This document shows, piece after piece, positions 1-8,318 of a DNA stretch of 64,000 nucleotides (positions are counted from its first letter, which is position 1; the number at the start of each line of letters is the position of its first letter). Where the stretch lies: assembly GCF_049292215.1 (NCBI RefSeq), contig NZ_JBATQW010000070.1, positions 14,597-78,596 on the forward strand. Reading direction: 5' to 3'. The notes under the pieces were generated by a model. That model had not been told where the DNA came from. It did not search any database and saw only the letters and a list, made by a program, of their open reading frames with translations. Made by a program: the position numbers and the translations under genes. The stretch comes from Geothrix sp. Its GTDB lineage: Bacteria; Acidobacteriota; Holophagae; Holophagales; Holophagaceae.

Positions 1-60
1 GGCGATCTTCTGGGCAGCGAGCGGAAGGGCCAGCAGCAGGAACAGCACGTGTCTCAGCAA
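1..60 (-). CDS. N-terminal fragment of an unidentified exported protein (gene continues beyond window start)
   Basis: Minus strand reads GGAGGA-aact-TTG CTG AGA CAC GTG CTG TTC CTG CTG CTG GCC CTT CCG CTC GCT GCC CAG AAG ATC GCC = (M)LRHVLFLLLALPLAAQKIA: SD-like box plus signal-peptide-like N-terminus. Only 20 codons visible; not in ORF track. Confidence 0.3.
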   Translation of the reverse strand, partial: MLRHVLFLLLALPLAAQKIA

Positions 61-113
61 AGTTCCTCCAAGATTCCTCTCTCAAGGATGGCGGCATTCG
101 CCACAATCGTCCC

Positions 114-1610
114 ATGCGGATCGCAGCCATCGATGTCGGATCGAATTCCATTCACATGATGGTGGTGGAGGCCGATCCCATGGGCGGCCAGCGCGTCCTG
201 GCCCGGGAGAAGGCCATGGTGCGCCTGGCCCGGGGCGAGGCGAAGTCGGGGGAGATCGGTCCCGAGGCTTTCCGGGCCGGCCTGGAGGCCCTCGAGCAGA
301 TGGTCAGGACCATCCGCGACTTCGGCTGCGAGACCGTCATGGCCTGCGGCACCGCGGCCCTGCGTGACGCGAAGAACGCTCAGGCCTTCGTCCTGGAGGC
401 CGAAAAGCTGGGAATCCCGATCAAGGTCATCTCGGGGGAGGAGGAGGCCCGCCTCATCCACCAGGCCGTCTCTCACGCCATCCCCTTCCCGCCAGAGCCT
501 GTGGCGCTGGTCGACATCGGTGGCGGCAGCACGGAGCTGACCTGGGTGCAGAGCGGCCGAGTGGCGGCCAGCATCTCCCTGCCCTGGGGCCTGCAGCGGC
601 TGGCGGACGCGGCCCAGACCGCCGACCCGCCCACGGCCCACGACCTCAAGCGGCTGCGGAAGATGATCCGCCGCATCCTCAAGAAGGCCCGCAAGGACCT
701 GCCCTCGGAGCTGCCCGAGCCCACCCTGATCCTCGGCACATCCGGCACGCTTGAGGACCTCGCGCGGGGCGCCGCCGCCGGCCAGGCCTTCACGGTCGAG
801 CAGCTGCGGGACTTCGCCCTGAGGCTCTGGCGCGTGGATTCCCTGCACCGGACGGAACGCCTCGGCGTGGACGCGAAGCGGGCCGAGGTCCTCCATGTGG
901 GTGCCATCTGGGCGCTCTCGCTCATGGAGTGGCTGGGCTGCCCGCCCCTGCGCCACCTGCCCGTGGGAATGCGCGAAGGCATGATCTGGGAGGCCCTCAA
1001 GCACGGCGGCGCCGCCATCCCGCCGCTGGCGGACCGCCGCCGGGCCTCCATCGAGCAGCTGGCCGCCCGGCTCGACCCGGATCCCGGCCACAGCCGTCAC
1101 GTGGCCCGCCTGGCCGATGAGCTCTTCACCTCCCTGCAGCCCCACTTTGAGCTGGGTGACACAGAGCGCCAGTGGCTGGCCTTCGCGGCCCGATTGCATG
1201 ACATCGGCTTCTCCATCTCGGAGAAGGGCCACCACAAGCACGGCGAATACCTCATCCGCAATGCCACCCTGCCCGGGTTCTGGCCCGAGGAGATCGACCT
1301 GCTGGCCCAGGTGGTGCGCTTCCACCGGGGCAAGGTGCCTCACCACGCGAAGCACGAGGCCTTCCGGGCCCTGGCGCCCTGGCATCGCCAGGTGGTGCGC
1401 AAGCTGGCGGCCATCCTTCGCGGCGCCGACGCCCTCGACCGGCGCCGGCGGCAGTCGGTGCGTCACCTGGCCGTGGAGGTGGACGAGTCGCGCCTGCACC
1501 TCATCCTGGATGCCGCCGGGGACGTGGATCCGGAGATGGAGGCCTTCCTCGACAAGGGGGCCCTCCTGGGAACCCTGCTGGACCGCTGGATTGAAGTCAC
1601 CGTAGTCTGA
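114..1610 (+). CDS. ppx: Ppx/GppA family exopolyphosphatase / guanosine pentaphosphate phosphohydrolase
   Basis: 498-aa ORF. N-terminus MRIAAIDVGSNSIHMMVVE is the Ppx/GppA actin-like ATPase signature. C-terminal HD-type region LHDIGFSISEKGHHKHGEYLI. Confidence 0.9.
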   Translation: MRIAAIDVGSNSIHMMVVEADPMGGQRVLAREKAMVRLARGEAKSGEIGPEAFRAGLEALEQMVRTIRDFGCETVMACGTAALRDAKNAQAFVLEAEKLGIPIKVISGEEEARLIHQAVSHAIPFPPEPVALVDIGGGSTELTWVQSGRVAASISLPWGLQRLADAAQTADPPTAHDLKRLRKMIRRILKKARKDLPSELPEPTLILGTSGTLEDLARGAAAGQAFTVEQLRDFALRLWRVDSLHRTERLGVDAKRAEVLHVGAIWALSLMEWLGCPPLRHLPVGMREGMIWEALKHGGAAIPPLADRRRASIEQLAARLDPDPGHSRHVARLADELFTSLQPHFELGDTERQWLAFAARLHDIGFSISEKGHHKHGEYLIRNATLPGFWPEEIDLLAQVVRFHRGKVPHHAKHEAFRALAPWHRQVVRKLAAILRGADALDRRRRQSVRHLAVEVDESRLHLILDAAGDVDPEMEAFLDKGALLGTLLDRWIEVTVV

Positions 1611-1616
1611 ATCCCC

Positions 1617-2819
1617 ATGACCTTGGACGAGCTCATCAACGACTGGAACGGCCTGCCCGCCAAGGGCGACCGGATCCCCCTGCTGAACGACGAGACCTTG
1701 CGGGACGGCCTGCAGAGCCCCTCGGTGCGCGATCCCGACATCGCCGCCAAGCGGGACCTCACCCACCGCCTTGCCCGCCTGGGCGTGGACGCCGTGGACC
1801 TGGGCATGCCCGGCGCGGGCCCCAAGGCCCTGGCGGCCGTGCGGGCCCTGATGGTCGAGATCCGGGACCACCGCCTGCCCCTCTCCCCCAATGTGGCCGT
1901 CCGCACCCTGGAGACCGACCTCGCCCAGGTGGCCGAGATCCAGCAGCGGGCCGGCATGCCCCTCGAGGCGGGCGCCTTCCTGGGCTCCAGCCCCATCCGC
2001 ATGGATGTGGAGGGCTGGGACCTGGACTTCCTGGTCGGCACCGCGCGCAGGGCCATCGCCTTCTGCCGGCGCCACGAGGTGCCCGTGATGATGGTGACCG
2101 AGGACAGCACCCGCGCCCGGCCGGACGTGCTCAAGGCCATCTACGGCGCGGCCATGGACGAGGGCGCCCAGTCCATCTGCCTGTCCGACACCTGCGGCCA
2201 CGCCACGCCGGACGGCGTGCGTCGCCTGGTGCGGTTCATCAAGGACGAGGTGGTGAAGGACCGCTCGGTGCGCATCGACTGGCACGGCCACAACGACCGA
2301 GGCCTGGGCGTGGCCAATGCCATCGCCGCCTTCGAGGCCGGCGCGGACCGCCTGCATGGCAGCATCCTGGGCATCGGCGAGCGCTGCGGCAACGTGGCCC
2401 TGGACCAGCTCATGATCAACCTCCACCTCATGGGCTACCCCAAGGGGGACCTCTCGGACTTGCCAGCCCTGGCCGAACTGGTGGCCGAGCTCTGCGATGT
2501 TGAGATCCCCGCCAACTACCCCGTGCTGGGGCGGGACGCCTTCCGCACGGGAACCGGCGTCCACGCCGCCGCCATCGTGAAGGCCCTGCACCGGGGCGAC
2601 GTGGAGCTGGCCGATGCCGTCTACTCCGGCGTCCCCGCCGCCCTGGTGGGCCGCCGCCAGGAGATCGAGATCGGGCCCCTGGCCGGCCACAGCAATGTCG
2701 TCTACTGGCTTGAGATGAACGGCTACGACCCCAGCCCCGAGCGCGTGGACCGCATCCTCCAAGCCGCCAAGAACAGCCCGAGGATCCTCAGCGAGTCCGA
2801 GATCCGGGCCGTGCTCTGA
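1617..2819 (+). CDS. LeuA/NifV-family pyruvate-carboxyltransferase (HMGL-like) enzyme, substrate not assignable
   Basis: 400-aa ORF. LNDETLRDGLQSP and HGHNDRGLGVANAIAAFEAGA are TIM-barrel motifs of 2-isopropylmalate/homocitrate synthase-like enzymes. No LeuA C-terminal regulatory domain. Confidence 0.75.
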   Translation: MTLDELINDWNGLPAKGDRIPLLNDETLRDGLQSPSVRDPDIAAKRDLTHRLARLGVDAVDLGMPGAGPKALAAVRALMVEIRDHRLPLSPNVAVRTLETDLAQVAEIQQRAGMPLEAGAFLGSSPIRMDVEGWDLDFLVGTARRAIAFCRRHEVPVMMVTEDSTRARPDVLKAIYGAAMDEGAQSICLSDTCGHATPDGVRRLVRFIKDEVVKDRSVRIDWHGHNDRGLGVANAIAAFEAGADRLHGSILGIGERCGNVALDQLMINLHLMGYPKGDLSDLPALAELVAELCDVEIPANYPVLGRDAFRTGTGVHAAAIVKALHRGDVELADAVYSGVPAALVGRRQEIEIGPLAGHSNVVYWLEMNGYDPSPERVDRILQAAKNSPRILSESEIRAVL

Positions 2820-3491
2820 TCAGGCCATCCCGGCCACGTCCCCGGCGCTAAGCCGCCGGATCCCCTCCGCCGTGGCCACCTTCAGCCGCCCATCGGATTC
2901 CCAGCCCAGGCATGTGCCCTGGCCGTCCTCCCAGTGGATGGCCGTGCCGGACTCCGGCCATTTGAAAAGGGGTTGAATATTTTGTGTCAAATCATTCCAT
3001 TCATGAATGATGGCTACTGCAAAATCATTCGGGTTTGACGCCCTCAACCCCAATTCCGCCAGGCAGGCTGGGGGAATCGCCCGGCCGGGGATCTCCGGGG
3101 CCTCAGTCAAGTTCACGCCCAGGCCGAGGATGAGCCGCCCACCACTCTGCTCGCCGAGGATGCCCCCCAGCTTCACCAGCCGGCCCTCCTTCCGGGCCAC
3201 CAGGTCGTTGGGCCACTTGAGGCCCAGGGTCTGTCCTTCGGGGTCCAGGGCCCGGGCAGCCGCGCCCATGGCCCGCTGAAGGAGGAGGCCCGGGGCCACG
3301 CCGACCGGGGCCGGGAGGGCAGCGGACATCCAGAGGCCCGCCCCGGCGGCGCTCTCCCAGCGGTTGCCCTGGCGACCCCGGCCTTCGCTCTGACGCTCCG
3401 CCAGCACCACGCAGAAGCCCAGGTGGGGGTTCCGCCGGAGGAAGGCCTGGGTGGAGTCCACCACCGCCAGCCGGATCAGCGGCAGCGCCAC
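2820..3491 (-). CDS. birA: biotin--[acetyl-CoA-carboxylase] ligase (class I, no HTH)
   Basis: 223-aa ORF with GTG start directly after the coaX stop. GRGRQGNRWES matches the biotin ligase GRGRxGRxW motif. Too short for an N-terminal repressor domain. Confidence 0.8.
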   Translation of the reverse strand: MALPLIRLAVVDSTQAFLRRNPHLGFCVVLAERQSEGRGRQGNRWESAAGAGLWMSAALPAPVGVAPGLLLQRAMGAAARALDPEGQTLGLKWPNDLVARKEGRLVKLGGILGEQSGGRLILGLGVNLTEAPEIPGRAIPPACLAELGLRASNPNDFAVAIIHEWNDLTQNIQPLFKWPESGTAIHWEDGQGTCLGWESDGRLKVATAEGIRRLSAGDVAGMA

Positions 3492-3492
3492 G

Positions 3493-4287
3493 CTACTTCT
3501 TTCCGCCCTGGTTGCGGAACCAGAGGATGCGCAGGCCCTCCAGAGTCAGGTCCGGGGCGATGTGCTTGATGTGCTTGGTGTGGGGTGCGATCACCCGGGC
3601 CAGGCCGCCGGTGGCGGCCACCCTGGCCTCGGGGCACTCCTCCAGCAGGCGGTCCAGGATGCCGTCCACCATGCCAACGTAGCCGTAGAAGATGCCGGAC
3701 TGCATGGCCTGCACGGTGTTGCGGCCCACCAGGCGCTCGGGCTCGGCGATCTCAACCCGCGGCAGGCGGCTGGCCCGCTGGAACAGGGCATCGGCGCTGA
3801 TCTTCAGACCGGGGCAGATGAGGCCGCCCAGGTATTCCTTCTTGGCATTGACCACGTCGAAGGTGGTGGCCGTGCCGAAGTCCACCACGATGAGCGGCGC
3901 GCCGAACTTCTCGATGCCCGCCACGGCATTTACCAAGCGGTCGGCGCCCAGCTCCGACGGGTTGTCGATGAGCACCTTCACGCCGGTCTTGACCCCCGGC
4001 TCGACGTAGAAGGCGTCCACGTGGAAGAAGGTCTTGGCGAGGCTCATGAGCACGGGATGCAGCGGCGGCACCACGCAGGAGATGGCCACGTGCTTGATCT
4101 GGCTGGCCTCGATGCCCTGGTGGCGCATGAGGGCCAGGGCCGAGAGTCCGTACTCGTCCACGGTGCGCTCGCGGCTGGTGGCCAGGCGCCAGGAGTGCAG
4201 CAGGGGCGCGTCCGGCCCCTGGGCCAGGTCGAAGATCCCCAGCACCACGTTGGTATTGCCCACATCCACGGCCAGCAGAAGACTCAT
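3493..4287 (-). CDS. coaX: type III pantothenate kinase
   Basis: MSLLLAVDVGNTNVVLGIF N-terminus (CoaX DxGNT motif). ATG at 4287 is preceded by GGAG 8 nt upstream. The ORF track extends to 4305 (MAWSMRM...), which lacks an SD. Confidence 0.85.
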   Translation of the reverse strand: MSLLLAVDVGNTNVVLGIFDLAQGPDAPLLHSWRLATSRERTVDEYGLSALALMRHQGIEASQIKHVAISCVVPPLHPVLMSLAKTFFHVDAFYVEPGVKTGVKVLIDNPSELGADRLVNAVAGIEKFGAPLIVVDFGTATTFDVVNAKKEYLGGLICPGLKISADALFQRASRLPRVEIAEPERLVGRNTVQAMQSGIFYGYVGMVDGILDRLLEECPEARVAATGGLARVIAPHTKHIKHIAPDLTLEGLRILWFRNQGGKK

Positions 4288-4326
4288 GCGCATGCTCCAA
4301 GCCATCCAGAATGGCCTGAGGTGGTC

Positions 4327-4353
4327 TGTGATGCCAGCCCCCTTGTGATGCCA
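4327..4353. promoter_or_regulatory. perfect 10-bp direct repeat TGTGATGCCA x2 in the coaX/tnaA divergent region (candidate operator or leader element)
   Basis: TGTGATGCCA at 4327-4336 and again at 4344-4353 (17-bp period), inside the 111-nt spacer between the divergent starts at 4287 and 4399. Function not demonstrable from sequence. Confidence 0.3.
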
Positions 4354-4398
4354 TTCCCCGCCGCCCTGGGTAGCCTGGGGGTTCTGCCTGGAGCCGCC

Positions 4399-5769
4399 AT
4401 GCCCCGCACCATGATCGAACCCTTCCGAATCAAGTCCGTCGAGCCCATCCGCATGACCACCGCCCAGGAGCGCCTGGGGATGCTGGAGGACGCGAAGCTG
4501 AACGTCTTCAAGCTGCGGGCCGAAGATGTGCTGCTGGACTGGCTCACGGACTCGGGCACCGGAGCCATGAGCTCGGCCCAGTGGGGCGCCATCATGGTGG
4601 GAGATGAGAGCTATGCCGGCTCACGCAGCTTCTTCCGTCTGGAATCGGTGCTCAAGGACATCACCGGGATGGATCACTTCATCCCCACCCACCAGGGCCG
4701 CGCCGCGGAAAAGGTGCTCTTCAGCGCCGTCTGCAAGAAGGGGGACCTAGTCCCCAACAACTGCCACTTCGATACCACCCGGGCCAACCTCGAATTCAAC
4801 GGTGTGGAGGCCGTGGATCTCGTCATTCCCGAGGGCCTACAGCCCAGCCTCATCCACCCCTTCAAGGGCAACATCGACCTGGCCCGGGTGGAAGAAACCC
4901 TTAAGAAGGAAGGCCATCGCATTCCCTTCGGCATGATCACGGTGACCAACAACACGGGGGGCGGCCAGCCGGTCTCCATGGCCAACATCCGCGCCTACGC
5001 CAAGCTCCTCAAGCAGTACGGCAAGCCCTTCATCATGGATGTCTGCCGCTTCGCCGAGAACGCCATGTTCATCAAGCTGCGCGAGGACGGCTACCAGGAC
5101 ACCCCCATCAAGGCCATCTGCCAGGAGCTGTTCAGCTACGCCGACGGCTGCACCATGAGCGCCAAGAAGGACGGCATGGTGAACATCGGCGGCTTCATCA
5201 TGCTGCGCAGCGACGAGTGGCTGGATCCCGTCCGCAACATGCTCATCCTCACCGAGGGCTTCCCCACCTACGGCGGCCTGGCCGGCCGCGACCTGGACGC
5301 CTTGGCCGTGGGCCTGGAGGAGGGCATGGAGGAGGACTACCTCCGCTACCGTCTGCGCACCGCCGAATACCTGGGCGAGAAGTTCGAGGCGGCGGGTGTC
5401 GGTTTCGTGAAGCCCACAGGCGGCCACGCCGTTTACATCGATGCCAAGACGGTGCTGCCGGACATGCCCGTGGAGCACTATCCGGCCTGGGCCCTCTGCA
5501 ACGCGCTGTATCTCGAGGGCGGCATCCGGGGCGTGGAGATCGGCTCCGTGATGTTCGGCAAGCGCATGGACGATGGCACCGAGACCTACCACAGCATGGA
5601 GCTGGTGCGGCTGGCCTTCCCCCGCCGCATGTACACCCAGAGCCACTTCGACTTCGCCGCCGAGGTCATCGCCGAGGTGAAGGCCAAGGCCAGCGAGATC
5701 CGCGGCGTGAAGATCGTCAAGCAGAGCAAGTACCTGCGGCACTTCACGGCGGAGCTGGCCTGGGTCTAA
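4399..5769 (+). CDS. tnaA: tryptophanase (beta-eliminating lyase family; tyrosine phenol-lyase not excluded)
   Basis: 456 aa from the ATG preceded by GGAG-N5. EPFRIKSVEP, DSGTGAMS, PTHQGRAAE, GGGQPVSMAN, SAKKDGMVNIGG (PLP-lysine region) and FPTYGGLAGRD are present. The C-terminus YLRHFTAELAWV resembles the E. coli TnaA ending LRHFTAKLKEV. The part of track ORF 3451-5769 upstream of 4399 is antisense to coaX and judged spurious. Confidence 0.85.
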   Translation: MPRTMIEPFRIKSVEPIRMTTAQERLGMLEDAKLNVFKLRAEDVLLDWLTDSGTGAMSSAQWGAIMVGDESYAGSRSFFRLESVLKDITGMDHFIPTHQGRAAEKVLFSAVCKKGDLVPNNCHFDTTRANLEFNGVEAVDLVIPEGLQPSLIHPFKGNIDLARVEETLKKEGHRIPFGMITVTNNTGGGQPVSMANIRAYAKLLKQYGKPFIMDVCRFAENAMFIKLREDGYQDTPIKAICQELFSYADGCTMSAKKDGMVNIGGFIMLRSDEWLDPVRNMLILTEGFPTYGGLAGRDLDALAVGLEEGMEEDYLRYRLRTAEYLGEKFEAAGVGFVKPTGGHAVYIDAKTVLPDMPVEHYPAWALCNALYLEGGIRGVEIGSVMFGKRMDDGTETYHSMELVRLAFPRRMYTQSHFDFAAEVIAEVKAKASEIRGVKIVKQSKYLRHFTAELAWV

Positions 5770-5858
5770 GCAACCCCCGACCTCGCCCCAGTCTGATGCG
5801 GATTTCGTCCCCGAATGAGAAGGCGCGTAGGCTACTCCAATCCCCATCCGGAGCCCGC

Positions 5859-6863
5859 ATGCCCAGCCGCAAGGAGACCCTGTGGTTCATCGTCCTGGCC
5901 CTGCTGCTCAGCTGGGGTGTGGGCGCCTGCTGGCTGCTGGATGAACGCCGGTTCATCCTTATCCGCCTGCTCATGTGCATCCCCGCCCTCGTGGCCATGG
6001 GCTGCGCCTGGGCCTTCCGGCGAGAGCCGCCCAGGGCTGCCGGGTTCGCGTTCAGCGGATGGCGTCCCTGGCTCCTGGCGATGGCCTACCCCTGGATCAT
6101 GGTCCTGTTCTGCCTGGGCCTGGCCTACCTGTGGCGCGGCATCTCAGGCCAGGTCGACTTCATCTACCTGCGCCCCTTGGCCGAGTTCCGGTTCGCGGTC
6201 TCGAAGAGCCTGGGCTTCCATGGCCTTCCGGCCCTGGGCTTCGCGGCCGCAACCTGGGTGGTCCTCCTGCTGCCCTGGCTGCTGGTGGCAGCCGCGTACC
6301 GCGCCCAGTGGCCGGACCGTCTGAAGGCGGCCCTGCCCGCATCCTGGACGTGGCTGCACCATGCCTTCCGGGCGGCCCTCTTCCTGCCCACGCTGCTCAC
6401 CCATGGGCCTCTGCCCGGGGAGCTCGGCGAGGAACTGGGTTGGCGGGGTTACCTGGTTCGGCGCTGGGCGGACCGCCCCCTGGTGGCTGTAGCCATCACC
6501 ATGCCGGTGTGGGCGAGCTTCCACCTGCCCGTGATCTTCTCGTCGGCCCAGAAGGGCCACCCGATGCAGAACGCAGTGTTCCTGCTCTCCATCGCCGCCG
6601 CCGCCGTGCCCTTTGCGGCATTCTACCTCTGGGGCCGCTCGGTCTGGCCCTGTGCCGTACTGCATCTCAGCTGGAACCTCTGGAATCCCTTGCTGCTCGG
6701 CAACGTCTACACCGGCCAGGCCGGGCTCTTCGGGGGCCAGGTGCGCACCTTCAACGGCGAGGCGCTCTTCGGGCTGCTCTTCAACGCCATCCTGGCCCTT
6801 TGGCTGATCGCCAGGTGGCGCCGCGCGGCATCGCAGCCCCTGGCCAGCCTGCGGGAGGGCTGA
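5859..6863 (+). CDS. CPBP family intramembrane glutamic endopeptidase (CAAX/Abi-type)
   Basis: Polytopic 334-aa protein starting MPSRKETLWFIVLALLL. Motifs GEELGWRGYL (EExxxR), SFHLP (FxxxH) and HLSWN (HxxxN). The upstream part of track ORF 5217-6863 overlaps tnaA out of frame. Confidence 0.75.
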   Translation: MPSRKETLWFIVLALLLSWGVGACWLLDERRFILIRLLMCIPALVAMGCAWAFRREPPRAAGFAFSGWRPWLLAMAYPWIMVLFCLGLAYLWRGISGQVDFIYLRPLAEFRFAVSKSLGFHGLPALGFAAATWVVLLLPWLLVAAAYRAQWPDRLKAALPASWTWLHHAFRAALFLPTLLTHGPLPGELGEELGWRGYLVRRWADRPLVAVAITMPVWASFHLPVIFSSAQKGHPMQNAVFLLSIAAAAVPFAAFYLWGRSVWPCAVLHLSWNLWNPLLLGNVYTGQAGLFGGQVRTFNGEALFGLLFNAILALWLIARWRRAASQPLASLREG

Positions 6864-6901
6864 ATCCTGTAGGATGGCAGAACCTCCTGACCAAGGTCCC
6901 C

Positions 6902-8305
6902 ATGACTTCCTCCACCATCGAAGCGATCTTCGCCCGCCAGCAGGACGCCCGCTGGCGGGTGGCGGCCACCTCGGCCGACCAGAGAAAGGCCAAGCTGAAG
7001 GGCCTCCTGGAGGCCCTCATGGCCCACCGGGCCGAGGCCCAGGCGGCCCTCGCCGCAGACTTCCGCAAGGCCCCGGAGGAAGTGGATCTCACCGAGCTGT
7101 ATCCAGTCATCTCCGAGCTCAAGGACGCCCTGCGCCACCTGTCCCGCTGGATGAGGCCCCGCCGGGTGCCCACCCCCATCGGCCTGCTCGGCGCCCTCGG
7201 CACCATCGTCCACGAGCCCCGGGGCGTGGTGCTCATCATCGCCCCCTGGAACTATCCCATCTACCTCACCCTGGGCCCCCTGGTCTCGGCCCTCGCTGCG
7301 GGCAACTGCGCGGTGATCAAGCCCTCCGAGTTCACGCCCCACACCAACGCCTTCCTGCGCAAGCTTCTGAGCGGTCTGTTCCCCGAGGAGGAGGTCGCCC
7401 TCGTGGAGGGCGAGGCGGAAACGGCCCAGGCCCTGCTGGCCCTGCCCTTCGACCACATCTTCTTCACGGGCAGCCCCACCGTGGGCAAGGTGGTCATGAA
7501 GGCCGCCGCGGAGCACCTGAGCTCCGTGACCCTGGAATTGGGCGGCAAGTCGCCGGTGCTCGTTGACGCGGACGCCGACCTGGAGAACGCGGCCCGCAAG
7601 ATCGCCTGGGGCAAGTGCGTCAACGCCGGCCAGACCTGCGTGGCTCCGGACTACGTCCTGGTCCACGTGCGGGTGCACGACGCCCTCGTGGAAGCGCTGA
7701 AGCGAGCGCTGGTGGACTTCTACGGTGCCGAGGCCGACACCCGGAGGCTGAGCCCGGACCTGGCCCGCATCATCAATCCCCGCCACCACGCCCGGCTGCT
7801 GGGGCTGCTCCAGGATTCCCGGGGGTTGGTCGTGTTCGGCGGCGAGAACGATCCTGCCACGAACTACCTGGGCCCGACCCTGCTCACGGAAGTGGATCCC
7901 GCCTCGCCCATCATGCAGGAGGAGATCTTCGGGCCCCTGCTCCCCATCCTGAAGGTACCGGACATGGACGCCGCCGTGGCCTTCGTGAATGCCCGACCCA
8001 AGCCCCTGGCCCTCTACGTGTTCAGTGGCGACCGCCGGAACGCGGAGTCCCTCATCGCCCGCACCACCGCAGGGGGCGGCTGCATCAACGACACCCTCCT
8101 GCACTTCGCCCACACCGGCCTGCCCACGGGCGGCGTGAACACCTCGGGCTTCGGCAAGGCCCACGGCCGCCACGGCTTCGAGACCTTTTCCAATGCCCGG
8201 GGCATCCTGCGCCAGCGCTCCCGCTACTCCGCCATCCAGCTCATGTACCCGCCCTACACGGGCTTCGCTCGGCGGCTGATCGATCTGACGTTGAAGCACT
8301 TCTAG
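6902..8305 (+). CDS. NAD(P)-dependent aldehyde dehydrogenase (class-3-like)
   Basis: 467 aa. APWNYP, IKPSE, ELGGKSP and the catalytic-Cys region NAGQTCVAPDY, plus EEIFGPLLPI, are typical ALDH motifs. Confidence 0.85.
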   Translation: MTSSTIEAIFARQQDARWRVAATSADQRKAKLKGLLEALMAHRAEAQAALAADFRKAPEEVDLTELYPVISELKDALRHLSRWMRPRRVPTPIGLLGALGTIVHEPRGVVLIIAPWNYPIYLTLGPLVSALAAGNCAVIKPSEFTPHTNAFLRKLLSGLFPEEEVALVEGEAETAQALLALPFDHIFFTGSPTVGKVVMKAAAEHLSSVTLELGGKSPVLVDADADLENAARKIAWGKCVNAGQTCVAPDYVLVHVRVHDALVEALKRALVDFYGAEADTRRLSPDLARIINPRHHARLLGLLQDSRGLVVFGGENDPATNYLGPTLLTEVDPASPIMQEEIFGPLLPILKVPDMDAAVAFVNARPKPLALYVFSGDRRNAESLIARTTAGGGCINDTLLHFAHTGLPTGGVNTSGFGKAHGRHGFETFSNARGILRQRSRYSAIQLMYPPYTGFARRLIDLTLKHF

Positions 8306-8318
8306 CGCTGGACTGCCT

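Noticed and set aside
54-2762. 902-aa minus-strand ORF covering ppx and the LeuA-like gene. Similar giant antisense ORFs occur at 8331-10796 (+), 57595-60210 (-), 38512-40329 (-) and 12807-14471 (N-terminal part).
   Set aside because: They lie antisense to genes with strong family motifs. They translate to Gly/Ala/Arg/His/Pro-rich low-information sequence. One even runs across the tRNA gene. These are typical stop-codon-poor shadow ORFs of GC-rich DNA.
3451-4398. Long N-terminal extensions of track ORFs (3451-5769 for tnaA, 5217-6863 for the CPBP protease, 5975-8305 for ALDH, 47698-48417 for GNAT, 36871-37077 for rne).
   Set aside because: The extensions overlap neighbouring genes or leaders and lack family similarity. 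Internal ATG or GTG codons with SD-like boxes coincide with the conserved N-termini of the respective families.
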